The notes beneath the pieces are model-generated. The model searched no databases. It was not told where the DNA came from and worked only from the letters and a program-made list of their open reading frames with translations. Shown here piece by piece: positions 13,203 through 26,658 of a DNA stretch of 64,000 bases. The position numbers and the translations under genes are program-made. How positions within the stretch are numbered: position 1 is the stretch's first letter; each line of letters starts with the position of its first letter. This DNA comes from Marsupella aquatica (Eukaryota; Plantae; Marchantiophyta): positions 11,398,795 through 11,462,794 of the forward strand of contig OZ316896.1 in assembly GCA_973895155.1 (NCBI GenBank). The letters run 5' to 3'.

Positions 13203-14257
13203 CAAGCAAATACCTGGATGCATCTATTATTCAGATTTGGTGAATCTACTTTTCAAATTTTGTCTTATTCATATTTTGTGTTTAATATTTACAGACCCCA
13301 CTAGAGGTCCCTTCCAAAATTCCTGGCACCACAGCGTGCCACGTCAACAACAACCGCAACAAACAAGACTCGTCATTTTTGTGAATCAAACTTATAATTT
13401 TCATTCGTGTTTATGTCAATTTGGGTGTAAATTTTGGGACGCCATGCCATAAAAAGAAAAGTAAAAACATTGAAAATGCAAAGAGCAAGATGATTAAAAC
13501 TGTCACTATGTAACCGTTTTAGTTACATTTCCAATTTTAAAACTTAAATTCAAAGATTTATAAAAAGTATTTTTCATATAATAAATAATGACTAATAACT
13601 AACTTGATAATTTCCTTGTTAAATCGCAACTCCCGGTATGTAAAGACCTCTCGTATTGTACGGCCATTAATGCTAGGAAGAGCATATAGAAACCCAGGAT
13701 CGGGGAGAAAGAATGGTTGGAATCTTGAAAGTTCATCAAATTTTATACTCAAAACTATTTACTCATTCTCAAAACAAAAAAAATACCCAATCGTAGATCG
13801 CATTGAGATCTTTCGTTTGCACTCTAGTTCACCTTCTAACATGGATGAATAAGATTTCTAGAGGCATTACAAAATCGACGGCAAAGATCGTAAAATCAAC
13901 AAAATCGACGGCTAGGAAGGCTTGGATTTGTTTAATTTTTCATTTGAAAAATATTAACCCATTTGCAAAACGGACAGAACCCATCCATAGAGCTATTTGA
14001 GATCTTTCTTTTGAGCCATAGATTGGCCATTATGATGGATGGACGAGATTTCCGGAGATAAGAAATGGAGACGGCTCAGATTGACTCTTCCCCCTGATTT
14101 TATTAGCCAAGGGGTCCACGAACTAATTTTATTTTAATGTGCCTTAACTACAGTAAATGAATCATTTGTATTAATTTGGACCACTACAAGAGACGACATA
14201 CATTTAAAAATCAGAAATAATCCACTCATCACATGACAGGGAGATACATCAAAGCCT

Positions 14258-14346
14258 CTTTTGGAATGGCCTAGAGAGACAAAGTGAAGAAAGAAACCCC
14301 TGCTTTTGGAATGGCCTAGAGAGACAAAGTGAAGAAAGAAACCCCT
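14258..14346. repeat. 45-bp perfect tandem duplication
   Basis: CTTTTGGAATGGCCTAGAGAGACAAAGTGAAGAAAGAAACCCCTG twice. Confidence 0.9.
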
Positions 14347-14678
14347 GAAAAGACACCTTTTGTGGTTTACTCAACATCTTTACTAGGCTTTTCAGTTTTT
14401 TGCTCGGTTCTTTGTGTACTTTTTGCTGTTGTAGGGGATTCCCTTTCTTGTTAGGCATCTTGGGATCTTTCCCTCCCCTTATTGCATCTTCTTGAGTGGT
14501 TTTTGTTGAGTGTGGGATTTTGCCTCCCTATATGGAGTTTTTGTTTTCTACTGACCCCCATGGGAAGCTCTTTCTAAAATCCCCAAAATTACTTGCAGTC
14601 ACATCAACATTATTGGTCACAAACAAGGACACTTGATTATGCAAGAAGACACTATTTGGACCACTATTTTAATGTGCC

Positions 14679-14786
14679 TTAGTGGGTCTCTTGCCCTTTG
14701 GGACCTTGGAGGTTTGACGCTATTCTCTTGTAGTGGTCCAAATAGCATCAAACCTCCAAGGTCCCAAAGGGCAAGAGACCCACTAA
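14679..14786. repeat. Long inverted repeat (46-bp stem, 1 mismatch, 16-nt loop)
   Basis: 14679-14724 TTAGTGGGTCTCTTGCCCTTTGGGACCTTGGAGGTTTGACGCTATT is the reverse complement of 14741-14786 except at one position. Confidence 0.92.
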
Positions 14787-17700
14787 AGAGGAGAAAACAA
14801 GGGGAAAACACATGTAAGACCTAAGAGCCAACTAAGTACCAACCAAAAAAAACTGAAGAGCCAAAAGCCCAGCCCAATAAAGAGGAGAAAAGAAAGAAAA
14901 GAAACCCAGGAAGACCAGTGCCTACAAGCACTAAGTCTAGCACAATGACAAAGAAACTAAAATCCTACAGAGCGGTGTGATATTAGGCCTTGTTGGGAGG
15001 AAAAAGGACCAATTTAATACAAAGGGCCCAACAAATTGAGTAGATGCAAAATATGTCCCTAGGTGCTTAGTGGAAGCACCAAATGCTAACCAGGCACATG
15101 ACCAAAGAGGGTTTGGTCACACCATTGTACAAATATACACCACGAGGTAAGGCATGAATATACTGACAAAATTGTATTTGGAGGACCCCTTGTGATGTAT
15201 TATTGTAATTTTGCCTGTACAACCACTTCCTTTCAGCTAACTTGCCCGGATATATCTGACTGTCTAGTTGTGACCATACAAAATCAAGGGTCAAGATATC
15301 TGAGTGGGAAGGCACATGGATGGGAAACAAGGAGGGGGAGGTTCCATCCTAGACCCTTCCCACTCATGCATGGATAGGAAAAGGGCGAGGGGCAAGGATC
15401 CAGGAGAACAAACATGCTCCTTGATCCTTGACCCTCCCACCTCCCACCTCCCTTGCGAGTACTCCCCCTACCAAGACCCTCACACTTGAGTATGGTAGTT
15501 TTCTATTTTAATGAATAAAGACTTCATCAAGCTCTTTTCAATATTGAATACATTTCTTTCATTTTGGACATTCCAATCTCTTCTGTCATCCTTTACAAAA
15601 CAACATCTTCTTGCAACAATGTCATCCCGGATGTCATTTATGAAATAAAATCCTAAATGCAAAAATCACTTTTGTGGAATAATATCTTTGAAGAAACAAC
15701 TTGTTTTACTTAACAACTTATTTTCCTCCACAACACCTTTTCCACAAAGACACCATTTTTGCAATGATCTCTTTTGCACCTTTTGCCCAATGTTATCTTT
15801 CGTGCCAGAACACTTTTTGCTTGACAACAGTTTTTGCACAAATGCTCAGCTTGACACACTGGTACTGAGCTAGTAGGGTATCAACTAAAAGTGATCAACT
15901 AAAAGAATGGCTTATTCGCTTTTTATTGATAATATGGAATGGAAGTATGGAATTGTTCATTCTCAATTTAATTATCAATTATACACAGGCAATTGCATAT
16001 GACTAGAATGTTTCATACTTATTCATTTAGTAATAGGATTCTGAGTCCTCTGAGTCCTTGACAGGTTTGGAATTGCACAGAAAACATTTGTGACTCAAAC
16101 CAAAGGTTTCCACAATTGATGGATCAAATCTGATTATATTTTCCCAGACATTTTGCAATCACAAGTTCCATATTTTACAAGCTGAATTGCTTTGGGAAAT
16201 TTGAACCTCAAAGAGGTGAGAATTGGGGACACCCTGTAATTGTTTTTCCTCATGCAAGATTATATCCCTACCTAAAGGTGGTCCAATATCTATCACTTGA
16301 TTGTCCAAAAACACTTTCACTGCTTCAAAAAGATTGGCATCAACTCATTAAATGAGCCAACATTAAGCAAGTTATCAAATTCTATACAACTTCTATAGTT
16401 AGACATAATTTACAAAAAGTACCCAGTGCAACTCCTTTCAAGAAGTTCAGGATTCCAAGGTCTCCGGGTCAAACTTGACAACAATAGAAAACTACATTGC
16501 ATAATTCCAAAGCAGCTTTTTTTATCCTCAAACAGCTGATAGAAGCCTTGAGGCTTTTCCTCATCTCCTTGTGATCCTGTGTACAACGATATACAAACTC
16601 TTGCCACCAATCTGAAAAAAACATACGGATATGGTTAGATAACCAAATAAGGCTTAAGCTCAGATAAGCAGAAACTAATGTATCTAGATCCTAAAAGCCA
16701 CAAAGCTTTATATGACTCTCCCAATGACTCTACAAAGATCACTCCACAGAACTTCCTTAAACCACACCTGCCCATCCAAAAGGACCCCCTTTCTGCCTGA
16801 CTACTGTTCATTCATGCTTGCAGGCCGAGCAAAAGACTTAGACCAGGCGTAAAAGGTGGACCTCACAGTAGTACTCCTGCCCATCCCTCCATGAATGTGA
16901 TTGTGTAAAATGAGAGCTACTAACGGGTTACCGGTAGCTCTTATAGGTGAAGCTGTGGTCTAAGGGAACATACAGAGTTATTTCACAAGCACTAATTGTA
17001 GAAAGGAAAACCTGCAGGACATTATATTTAGACATGGACGGTACTCTAAGGCCAAACTTAAATCATGCATTTAATTTAAAGGCCCTTTGGATGCTCAAGT
17101 TTATTGTGCAAAGACTTTCATTATTTATCAATATGCACATTCTAGTCAAGACCGTCTAGCTTATGTCAATCACCCAAATTTGATTTATCACTACTATCAT
17201 TTCTTGTGTTGATAGTTATGAGTTCTTGAACTTGTATTCTAAAGATTTTTCATTTGTGTGCCTTCTCATCACCCTGCCCCACCCTTGGGGGGTTATAATA
17301 TAGAAAATTATTGGAAGCAAGTGTGATCCAAAAGAATACTTTCATAATGTTGACCAAAGTGTTGGTGTACCCGACCATAAATGAGAATGTTCCTTATTTC
17401 ATGCCATTTTACCATGTAAAATAAGCCATTAATTACTCTGAAAATATAAATATTTATAATTTTCTCTCTTTATCAAATAGGGGTATTCTTATTAGATCAC
17501 TACCACATGCCTTATCAAAAACTAAACTCGATGCCCTAACCCCCACTCTATGGGAGTTGCTAGATTAGAGTTACTAGTCTAGCCATATTCAGATGCCTTG
17601 TTAAGGTTAGATGTGCTACCACTATAACCATTAGCAAGACTTAGTTAGTGAAAGGAACTTAGGCTCATTGTTATGGAGCCAGTTGAGAGATAGGGAAAGT

Positions 17701-18031
17701 TAAGTTTGTGAAAACTTGATAACTATGGTTCATGGGCTCCCAAATAGAAGTACAGCTCAATAACGCTTTCTTGTGTATGCATGTGGACGTAACCTTTGGA
17801 GAGGTGAACCACATATCTCCTTTGTCAACTACTTGTGTGTTTGTTGGATTTTACACATGCGCATGTTGTCTTATGAGTAACGGTTGTTTGCTCAATAGGA
17901 GCGGGAATAGGAATGTGCATCTTAAAGTGATTGGCAGAGGTTGACTCCACAGATTTGAAAAGTGACAACAGCCCCCAAAAGATATTCCCAGATATTTTGA
18001 TAGGGTACCTTCAGGGGTAAGGTATAAGCCT

Positions 18032-18290
18032 TGTAGTATTATTCAAGGTATCATCATCACTTTACAAATTAATTCCACCCTATCAAACACATAGAAAGAA
18101 AGTTGCTTACAACACTTCAAAGGTGTGAGTAGTCATTTTTCTGCAGGACTGTGTGGAATAGCCTCTGACTTAGTGTAGTATTATTCAAGCTCATCATCAC
18201 TTTACAACCTCGTTAACTCCAACATATCAAACACATAGAAAGAAAGTAGCTTACAATACTTCAAGGTGTGAATGGTCCTCTTCTGCAATG
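18032..18290. repeat. ~143-bp period direct duplication
   Basis: TGTAGTATTATTCAAG..TCATCATCACTTTACAA...TATCAAACACATAGAAAGAAAGTWGCTTACAAYACTTCAA.GGTGTGA at ~18032 and ~18175. Confidence 0.85.
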
Positions 18291-18873
18291 TGCCAGTCCT
18301 TCTTTTGTCTGTTGGCCGGGCTACTCATGATTTGAGTCATGCTCTCAACCAGTCTTAACTCTTGTTTCAATTGCCAGTCCAAGAGCCCTTGCACTTGATA
18401 GGTTTAAATACACCTTAGGCCCTAGCCCAAGCAGATAGCTCACAATACTAATGGCATCTCAATTAGCAGATCTTGGCATATTCTGGTTTGGTATCCTCAA
18501 CAGAGTAGTGTCACAGGTTCAAGCTCAAAAACTGATTCATGGATTTCAGACCTGAGTAACAACATTCAACCACTTTTGAACTTTTTAAAGGGACACAACC
18601 GCTCCCCTGACGTTTGCTGGTGGGTTGATGGAATGTATACTTGTAGACAACTCCAAAAACAATATGATATGGATATCACCACAAAGATAGCCACTCTCAA
18701 ACCTGGATTGGCACACTAAAGATGCCTCAGGTTTCACCTCCAAGTCAACTTCTTTCCAAATTGGGCAACAAATTATTTTGTTGCATAAGCGTTTCTTCAT
18801 TGTGGAGGTTGATAAAATACTTGCTCATGTGAGCGGTCATTTGTAACTCTCCATGTGAGTAACTAGAGATGTC

Positions 18874-21800
18874 CTAGCCAATGTTTGTGGGTGTCAATGT
18901 AATTTCTTCTATTGGGGTGTTTGGCCTTCTTGATGCTTCCATGGGTGTAGAAGTATTACTAACTTGAGGATGTTTACATCTGACTTGTTTTAGGAGAATT
19001 AAGGCTTTGTTGATATCCAAATTCTTGTTTTGAAGGAGAAGAACAAAACAAACTTGCAAAGGCATTAAAGCCAAGGAAGCAATGATAAATCCAGCCCAAA
19101 GCCCATTGAGCGATTTCCGTAAGGGTGCACAACGGTTTCTAAGAATGTCCTCAAAAGTTACTTTTACAAAATTGCATGTCACAATCCTGAATATGGATGG
19201 CAACATCTTATATACAATACTTGATGCATTCATAGCCATACTAGCTTGCAAGTACACAAAGTTAGGTACAGGGGTTCCTTGTTCAAAACAATATGTCAGA
19301 TTGTCACTTTTGCAACGAAATGGTCCATATACCTGCAAGACACCAAGAGAGTGTTATAGTTTCATTGTCATTTTTCGCTGAGAACTCATCTGCCCTCCAA
19401 TGTTTGATACTCTCATGTATTCTCATTTTGAAGCTTTGATGTATTTGACAATCTTGAGACTTGGAACAACTGGAAGGAAAGGTTGGATATGGGGGTCTTG
19501 GATGGACACACCGAAAGCATAGTGTAACAAGACAGGAGCAAATTACTCTGAAAAATCTGTAAATGGCATTAGGGGAATATAATTTTATGTTTATTGGTAC
19601 ATGTCTCTCAGGGATCTGTGAGTCCATCCGAGCACTTATTCAAACCTTTGTGTCTTTTGGGGTTTTCCTTTCTGGAAAGAGTAGGTCGCATCAGAAAAAG
19701 TTCACAGCATTACAAGCTAGTTTGAGGTGATAAACCTCCCCTGATCAACAATAATGTTTTGAGGACCCATGAATGATTGAAATTCATTCTACAATTGATA
19801 TACAGAGCTTCTATTCAATCTCGGTCTTCAATTACATTTTTAATTAAATATGAAGATCTAAGTTGATCAATATTCTCACAATGAAATTCATCATGTACAT
19901 GGTATATCTTAGTCTTGGTTGATCATTCTGATTTCTGGAGATGAGCATTTATAACAAAAGGCAAAGATCCAGGAGATGATGGCAGGAGCCACAACATGTC
20001 ATGTGATTCCTTGATTCACTAAATGAATTAGAATTTTGGATATTTTTAGGAATGGGACTAATCATCTTTGAGGCTCAATTCTCACCTTCCCAAAGTTTGC
20101 AAAAGGTGTCTCTCCCATCATGCAAACATTGTCATTGTATAGTGGTGGTGGTCCATAAGGATCACAAACTCGAGGAAGGAAGAAATTCACATTGGAATTG
20201 GTTTTAGCTGCAATCTTTTTTTCCTCTCCATTTGCCCAATCAACAGCAACATTAGCTTGAGTGACCAAACTCTTGATTGCCGCCTTTGCACCACCAAGAG
20301 CTCTGGCAGCATTGGGTTTGCTGAGACATGGCAAAACCTTAGCAAGACTTGAGTTTGTGGGATTGTTATTATATTCACCCATGACCATGCATGCGTCGTT
20401 GGCAACACTGGGTGTCATACAAAGGAAAACCACGTAAATACTCAAAACAATGTCATGCTAATTAAGAAGCAATAGTGCTACTTCACTTCACATGCTAAAT
20501 AAACAATAAATTTGCAATTACAACAACATTACAAATGGATGATTCTTGCTTTGGGTCAAATTTATTTGTAGTTTGTTTTATGCAGTTGAGGACCCTCCTC
20601 ATAATTTCCATCATGGACATAATCAACATGAGAAGAATCAGGGGTAAATCTTACTTGGTCAAGGCAAAGCTTACTCCAGCTAAAAACCACGTTCCAAATA
20701 ATAACATAGTCATCAAACCAAACGTCCTGGTTTGTTGAACATGTGAACCATGTGCAAAAATCTTTGGTAAGTCCACAAATTTTTGTCTACTTTCTTAGCA
20801 GGTCCAATGGTTATTAGATGATGAACAATGACTGTGTTGTATATCCCTACCCCTCAAATTGGTTCTAAATAAGTTTGGCATAGTTATGCTTTGTGTACAA
20901 AATAGCCATTCTATTTCTCCTTCACCAACTTGATTTTATTCTGGCCATCTGCTATTGAATAAGTGTCCACCTTCTCATAAAGTCTTCAACTTTTAAAAAT
21001 AAATTGGCAATTTCATAAGTCACGGACAAGAAACTATGCTTTTCTACAACTTTAATTGGTTTATGAAAATTCATAGAATATATGCCACTAAAGATAAGAC
21101 AATCATACCCGAGGATTACAGGTCTCCAACTCCCCAAAGTACCCACTGTAAAACAAAGTTCAAACCAAGGATTGAGGTCAGCTAAAATCCCACTTAAACC
21201 CATTCGATTAACAACAATTAAGCAAAGAAAATACCATTTGAAGCTAGTCTCACTTGTTGATTGATGTGAATAACCCCATCCTAGCATATCATCAATGTCC
21301 ATATTTATTTTGTAATCCCATCCCTCTGATAAGTTAAACCTCCTTCATTAGGTAAAGCAGCATATAAAATCCTTTAAAATTCTCCTCAAAATTAGGAACG
21401 TCAGAATCCAAAGTTTGTGCCATTTGTATCTAATGTTAAAAGCTATGGGTTATGTTAAGACTACTTAGATTATTGTATATCCAATCTATATTCTTTATCA
21501 TGGTGTTACAAGAAGAGTGTTGGTCTCTTTGAATACATACCAGAACCCAGAACCACGACCAATGAAAGGGATGCTGATACAATTGTCAATGCCATCTTCC
21601 TGAATTTTCCATTTCCAACAATAATATGTAAGCAACATTGCATTGACAATGTGATACCCAAATTCTCCATATCAAACAAGATTTTAGCTTGGGCAATAAG
21701 CTCAGATAGGGTTGCATCCCAAACCTTTGCTCCTATGGGATTTCTAGGCTCTCATGCACTGTAATTAGGATGACAGGGATTTAGAGCAAAAAAGATGACT

Positions 21801-24138
21801 GATTTCCATATATAGAAACAGTTTGGGATCCTACAATCATGAGTTCAGAGGTTTGAATGGAGATCCTATCCAAGCTTGCATTGCAACTCTGGAAATTCAT
21901 GTGCCTAATCTACCAACAGCACATTTGTTTTTCCATGGAAGTTCATCCTTAATAAGGTTAGTTGATTAAAATAGATGACAGCTCAGGTATAAAGTAACAT
22001 TGGCATGCAAGCAAGTATCGTGTAATTTATCTCAAACAATCTAAATTCTCTAATTGAATGCAATATATCTCAGGGCACTTAGAAAAACGTACACACAGTC
22101 AAATATTTTGTAGATCTTCTCTTTGCTATGCTTCACTTTCTTTTGAAGCTTGTTAAATACTCTCCCTAGAGTAAAGCAAGCTTGCAAGAACTGGTGAGAA
22201 CTGCCTTGACGACTAATGGGAAACATGGCAGCCACTTGAACCATCTTCAATGCGTGGTTGATCTCAAACTGCACGCCATCAGCCGCTCCGAGTAGTGTTC
22301 CTGCTGTGGCCTTCAATTGCTTCTCAAGCTTGGCATTTGCCCAATATATTGCTGCAGCAGCTGCTCTGCAGACATTCCAGTGAAACTCTTCAATTTCAGA
22401 TCATGTGTGTAGCTTTCAACAATCCCATCCCAGTTTCACAAATGAATGACATCATGGGCACCACTTTGACACAGTTCAATTCACAACAGCAACTTGGATT
22501 TCAAGGGATTTCATGGGCCGTAATCCTGCTGTGTGGCACCTTTAGCTCGCTAAGATTGAAATGAGCTAATTAAGAAGATGGGAAACAGAAATCCCAACAC
22601 CAACTATCTAACATTTGTCTAACAAATCCTGGATCCAATCTAGGATATCAAATTCTGAACCATAACAAACTAGTAAAATGCAAAGGAAAAGGAGAGATGT
22701 AGAGTTCTTACATGGCAACCAGACTGAAGCAGATTATGCAAATTAGCGGGTAGAATCGGAAAGACCCTTTGTGATAACCAAAGCGTTCTGAAGTTGGTGT
22801 TTGACCACATCCCCAACAGAACAGAATACCATATGATATTGAAGATATCAAGGAAAAAATGGCCAACACATACCCCCAAAATCCTGTGTAGCTTGCAGAC
22901 TGCCTGCCCAAACAACCAAGAAGATAATTAATTTAAGAGATTAACTCCATAGCAAAACAAAGGGCTTGTGATGCAGGAGATCCATTGAGTGACATACAGT
23001 TGATATAGCTGGGGCACATTTTTCCAAACTTCAAGAAATACGACGATCATCAAGTGATTGAAAAAATTTGCTGAATGATTTGCTTTTAGCTATTGCTCTA
23101 TTCCTGATGAGAACTGTAGTGTAATGTTGATTCTCAAATGAATTGTTCCTCGAAATGGCTTTAAACAAAGGTGCAATCACTCATCTAAAAGAGATTGTCC
23201 ATGCACTCGTGTGGATGGAGATACCTCGCCAGATTTTACAATCTAGAAGTCGATGGTCATCCCAATCTGGCAAAGTCATTAGAAGTTGTTGGTCGAGGGC
23301 CTAGGTTTACACGAGGGAGAAGTAAAGTATTGTCAACAGAAAAACACGGCTAGGAGAGAAGGTACTAGGGTTTGGGAAGGAGCGCACACTCCAATAATGT
23401 ACGTTTGTCACATTGAAACCATCTTTGTAGACCTTGAAGGATCGCAAAGGATCCTTGCGAGGAATCACTCCAGTCAAATTGGATAGCAGCAAAGTCCTTA
23501 GCCGTGGTGGAGGGCCTGATGTTGGATGAAATGGGTCAAATGGCTCGTCAGGTTCATCTTGATCATCAAAATCCTCCTACTCCCAATTCAGTATCACAAA
23601 TTTAGAGAGGCAGAGTTAGTACACATTCAATAGTTCAGAAGCATCACAACATGTACCAACATTTCAACATTTCAACATTTCAAGATATTCAATTTCAAAA
23701 ACATTCAGGAGTCAAGAAACCAACCTGCAGTAACACTCGCTTGCTCTTGCATGATTCGTGGAAGAAACAATTACTGATCGAGGATGTCGTGCCAAAGTTG
23801 TGGCCATCAATAGTCTCTTCATAGATCTCGTAGTTAGATATGAAATCAAGTGCTTGTGTATCGACGTGAATCAGCCCAGCAATGAGACCAAAGAGGCCAT
23901 TCAATATGTCACAAGCAATGCCCTTGGAATCACATACAAGAGCGGTTGACTCATTCCACCCCTGGAGCGCATCAAGAATATTTACATTTTTTACTCTGGC
24001 ATTACCATCAAACAAGACGATTTGTCCATTGGTAGTAGATCCAGCAGATCCCTCTGCCAAGAAAGGTTGAAGAAAAATCCCCAGGATGAACATGCACTTG
24101 CACCATAGAAGTACTTGCGTCCTTTGTGTTGAGGCCAT
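18874..24138 (-). CDS. Multi-pass membrane protein of the plant At2g12400/At1g71110-like uncharacterised family (multi-exon, N-terminal signal peptide)
   Basis: Exon-sized ORF pieces with family motifs: PRKDPLRSFKVYKDGFNVTNVHYWS (~23390-23465), SASYTGF..TM..GY..TM (~22710-22900), VANDACMVMGEYNNNPTNSSLAKVLPC and LPRVCDP (~20085-20408), CFEQGTPVP...TCNFVKVTFEDILRNRCAPLRKSLNGLWAGF (last exon to stop 18874). Hydrophobic leader after ATG 24138. Some internal exon borders are not fully resolved. Confidence 0.8.
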
Positions 24139-25557
24139 ATCTTTCTTGTTGAATTCTCACCATGAGTCTTGTTAAACAAACATAGATTTCTTTGATATCT
24201 TGGATTCACCAAATTGGCTGAAATCCCAACAATTGATCCATTTTGAGTGCAAATACGCATAGAATCTCCACTGATTGTGTGGAGATTCAGTTCCACACTC
24301 AAGATTGACCTCCTCCATTAGTACTTTCGGTTTTACAAGATTCCCTTATAGAAATTGGAGTGATATGATTGCTTGATGCAGCATTTCCATATTTGAGCAA
24401 TTGTTTCGAGTTCCTCCTCTTCTTAATGTGTGAACCAAAGAATATTGTGAGAAGCGTTCACTACAACTCTTTCTCCACTTGGAATTTAATTAAGCCTGCA
24501 AAGGCAGTGATTTCAATTTCTAGTGATTTAGATGTTCAAACTCAATTGACACAGCACATATATATATATCCTATTGGTGGACTAACTTTTTGTATTTCAA
24601 AGATGAAGAGAGGGTTTTCTTTAGTGAGCCTGTATAGGTGAGAATGCTGCACACTAGGATTAGAGTTAGATCTAATTTACATTGCAAAGATATATATATT
24701 ACCCACTAATCTGATGTAAAGACTGAAGACACGGGCTTCCCATGACTGTTCAGAATATTTGGATTTCTTTGGAGGAGTTCAGTTAAAATTCTGGACCTTT
24801 TGTGAACTTAGGAGGGTGAAAGACTTTTGAGGGTGGAACTGACGAGGGTGTATGGACTTATGGTGGAATAGGCATTTGGGGTTTGGTTTCCCTTCCTTTC
24901 AGTCATGAGTACAAAACAATATAATGTGCCGGAGTGCCTACCCTTACTCTGTTTGAAACTTGGGGGCAGAAGCCCCATCCAAACCCTGCAAAGTGACGAA
25001 AACCACCCAAACCAAGGGATCACAAGAGTCACGCAAGGCACCAGGGGAGGAGGCCTTGGGCCCTCCAACTAACCCTTCAACAACTAATCAGGCCATGAAA
25101 CCTGGAAAAGCCACACCAGAGTGTGGCTGGCCTGATTATCCAAAGGAGACAGCATGGTGGTGCCCCATGGTGCCTGCCCTAAGTTGGCTACCAGCACTTT
25201 TGTGAGTTAAACTATGTTAGGGCCAAATTTGCAGTAACTCAATTCTCTTACTAGTAATTTGTGATTGAAAGTTACACACACCTTATGGTCTAGAGTGAAG
25301 CCTCTAGACTGTGACTCTGGGGTGCCGGCAAGTTTTGTGGTGAGGCAACAGGTGCGGAAGACAACCATGGGCCTGAGCAAAGCTCAGGCATTAAGGCTAG
25401 GGACATGTAATAGCACAAGCCCTCCAACATTTGCAAAATAGGCCATCATACGCATTGGTTTCAAAAGTGGGCCCAAATGAAATGATAGTAGTCGTGATTC
25501 TAGAAAAGATTCCTACTCTAACATTTGGTACACCTACCTGTTATTTCTCTCTGTAAA

Positions 25558-26658
25558 ATACAATTACAACTGCTCACACTCAGTACACCAGTAAGGGCTG
25601 TTTGCTAGGCCAGGATTCAAGTTATGTGTTAAATTACAAAGTGAATATGAAATGATGATTTCTCTCTCTTTCAGTCTCTCTCCTTCTCTGCCTTACAATT
25701 ACAATTAAGATGGCTCAATCTCAGTACACCAAGTAACGAACTGTTTCAGGAGTCAGGTGAATGGAATTCAAAAATATCTTTCAAGGTAAACAAAGGAGTC
25801 ATGTGAATGGAATTCAAAAAGATATTTCAAGGCAAAAAAAAGGAGTCATGTGCTATGTGCAATTTACAAAATGAATATGAGAGCTAATGATCATGTCTCT
25901 TTTCTTTCCCTCTCTCCCTTCTCTTCAATACAGTTGCTTAAATCTCACCGTCCTCTGCACTACAATTACAATGGCTCAATCGCAGTACAGCAAGTAACGA
26001 CTGTGTCGTAGGTCAGAAGTCAAGTTATCTGCAAAATTTACGAGATGAATATGAATGAATGAGGAATTCTCTCTCCTTTTCTCTGTCCCCGTCTCTGCAT
26101 TACAATGTCTCAATCTCACCCTTCTGTGCACTCGGGTGAGATGCATTGTCTCAATCTCACCCTTCTGTGCACTCGGGTGAGATGCAGACATTACAATTGC
26201 TTCTCTGCGTTGCAAGTACAGTGGCTCCATCTCATTGCACCAGGTTACGACTATTCACGAGTCAGGAGTGATGATGATTTCCCTCTCTTTCTTTCGCCTC
26301 AATCTCACCCTTCGCCGCATTACAATTACAATGGCTCAATCTTAGTACATCAAGTAACTACTGTATCGTCAGAAGTCAAGCTATGTGCAAAATGTACAAG
26401 ATGAATGACTGGATGATGATTTCTCTTTCTTCTTCTCTCCCCTCACCCTCCTCTGCACTACGATCACACTGGCTTCATGATGATTTCTCTCTGTGTGTCT
26501 TTCTCTGTCCCATTCTCTGGATTACAATGGCTTAATCTCACCCTTCTCTGCACTAGAATTACAGTGGCTCAATCTCAGTACAAGTAACGACTGTTTTCTA
26601 GGCCAGGAGTCAAGTTCTGTGCAAAATTTACAAAAGGAATATGAACGATGACGATTGA
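25558..26658. repeat. Degenerate ~130-140 bp repeat array (~6-7 units) directly downstream of the MLO stop codon
   Basis: TACAATTACAATGGCTCAATCTCAGTACA.CAAGTAACGACTGT...GTCAAGTTATGTGCAAAATTTACAA...ATGAATATGA...ATGATGATTTCTCT recurs at ~25559, 25694, 25961, 26216, 26321 and 26560. Confidence 0.8.

Noticed and set aside
11968-26658. Repeat arrays as CRISPR-like loci
   Set aside because: Whole units are homologous and degenerate, with no unique spacers and no cas genes, in a eukaryotic context.
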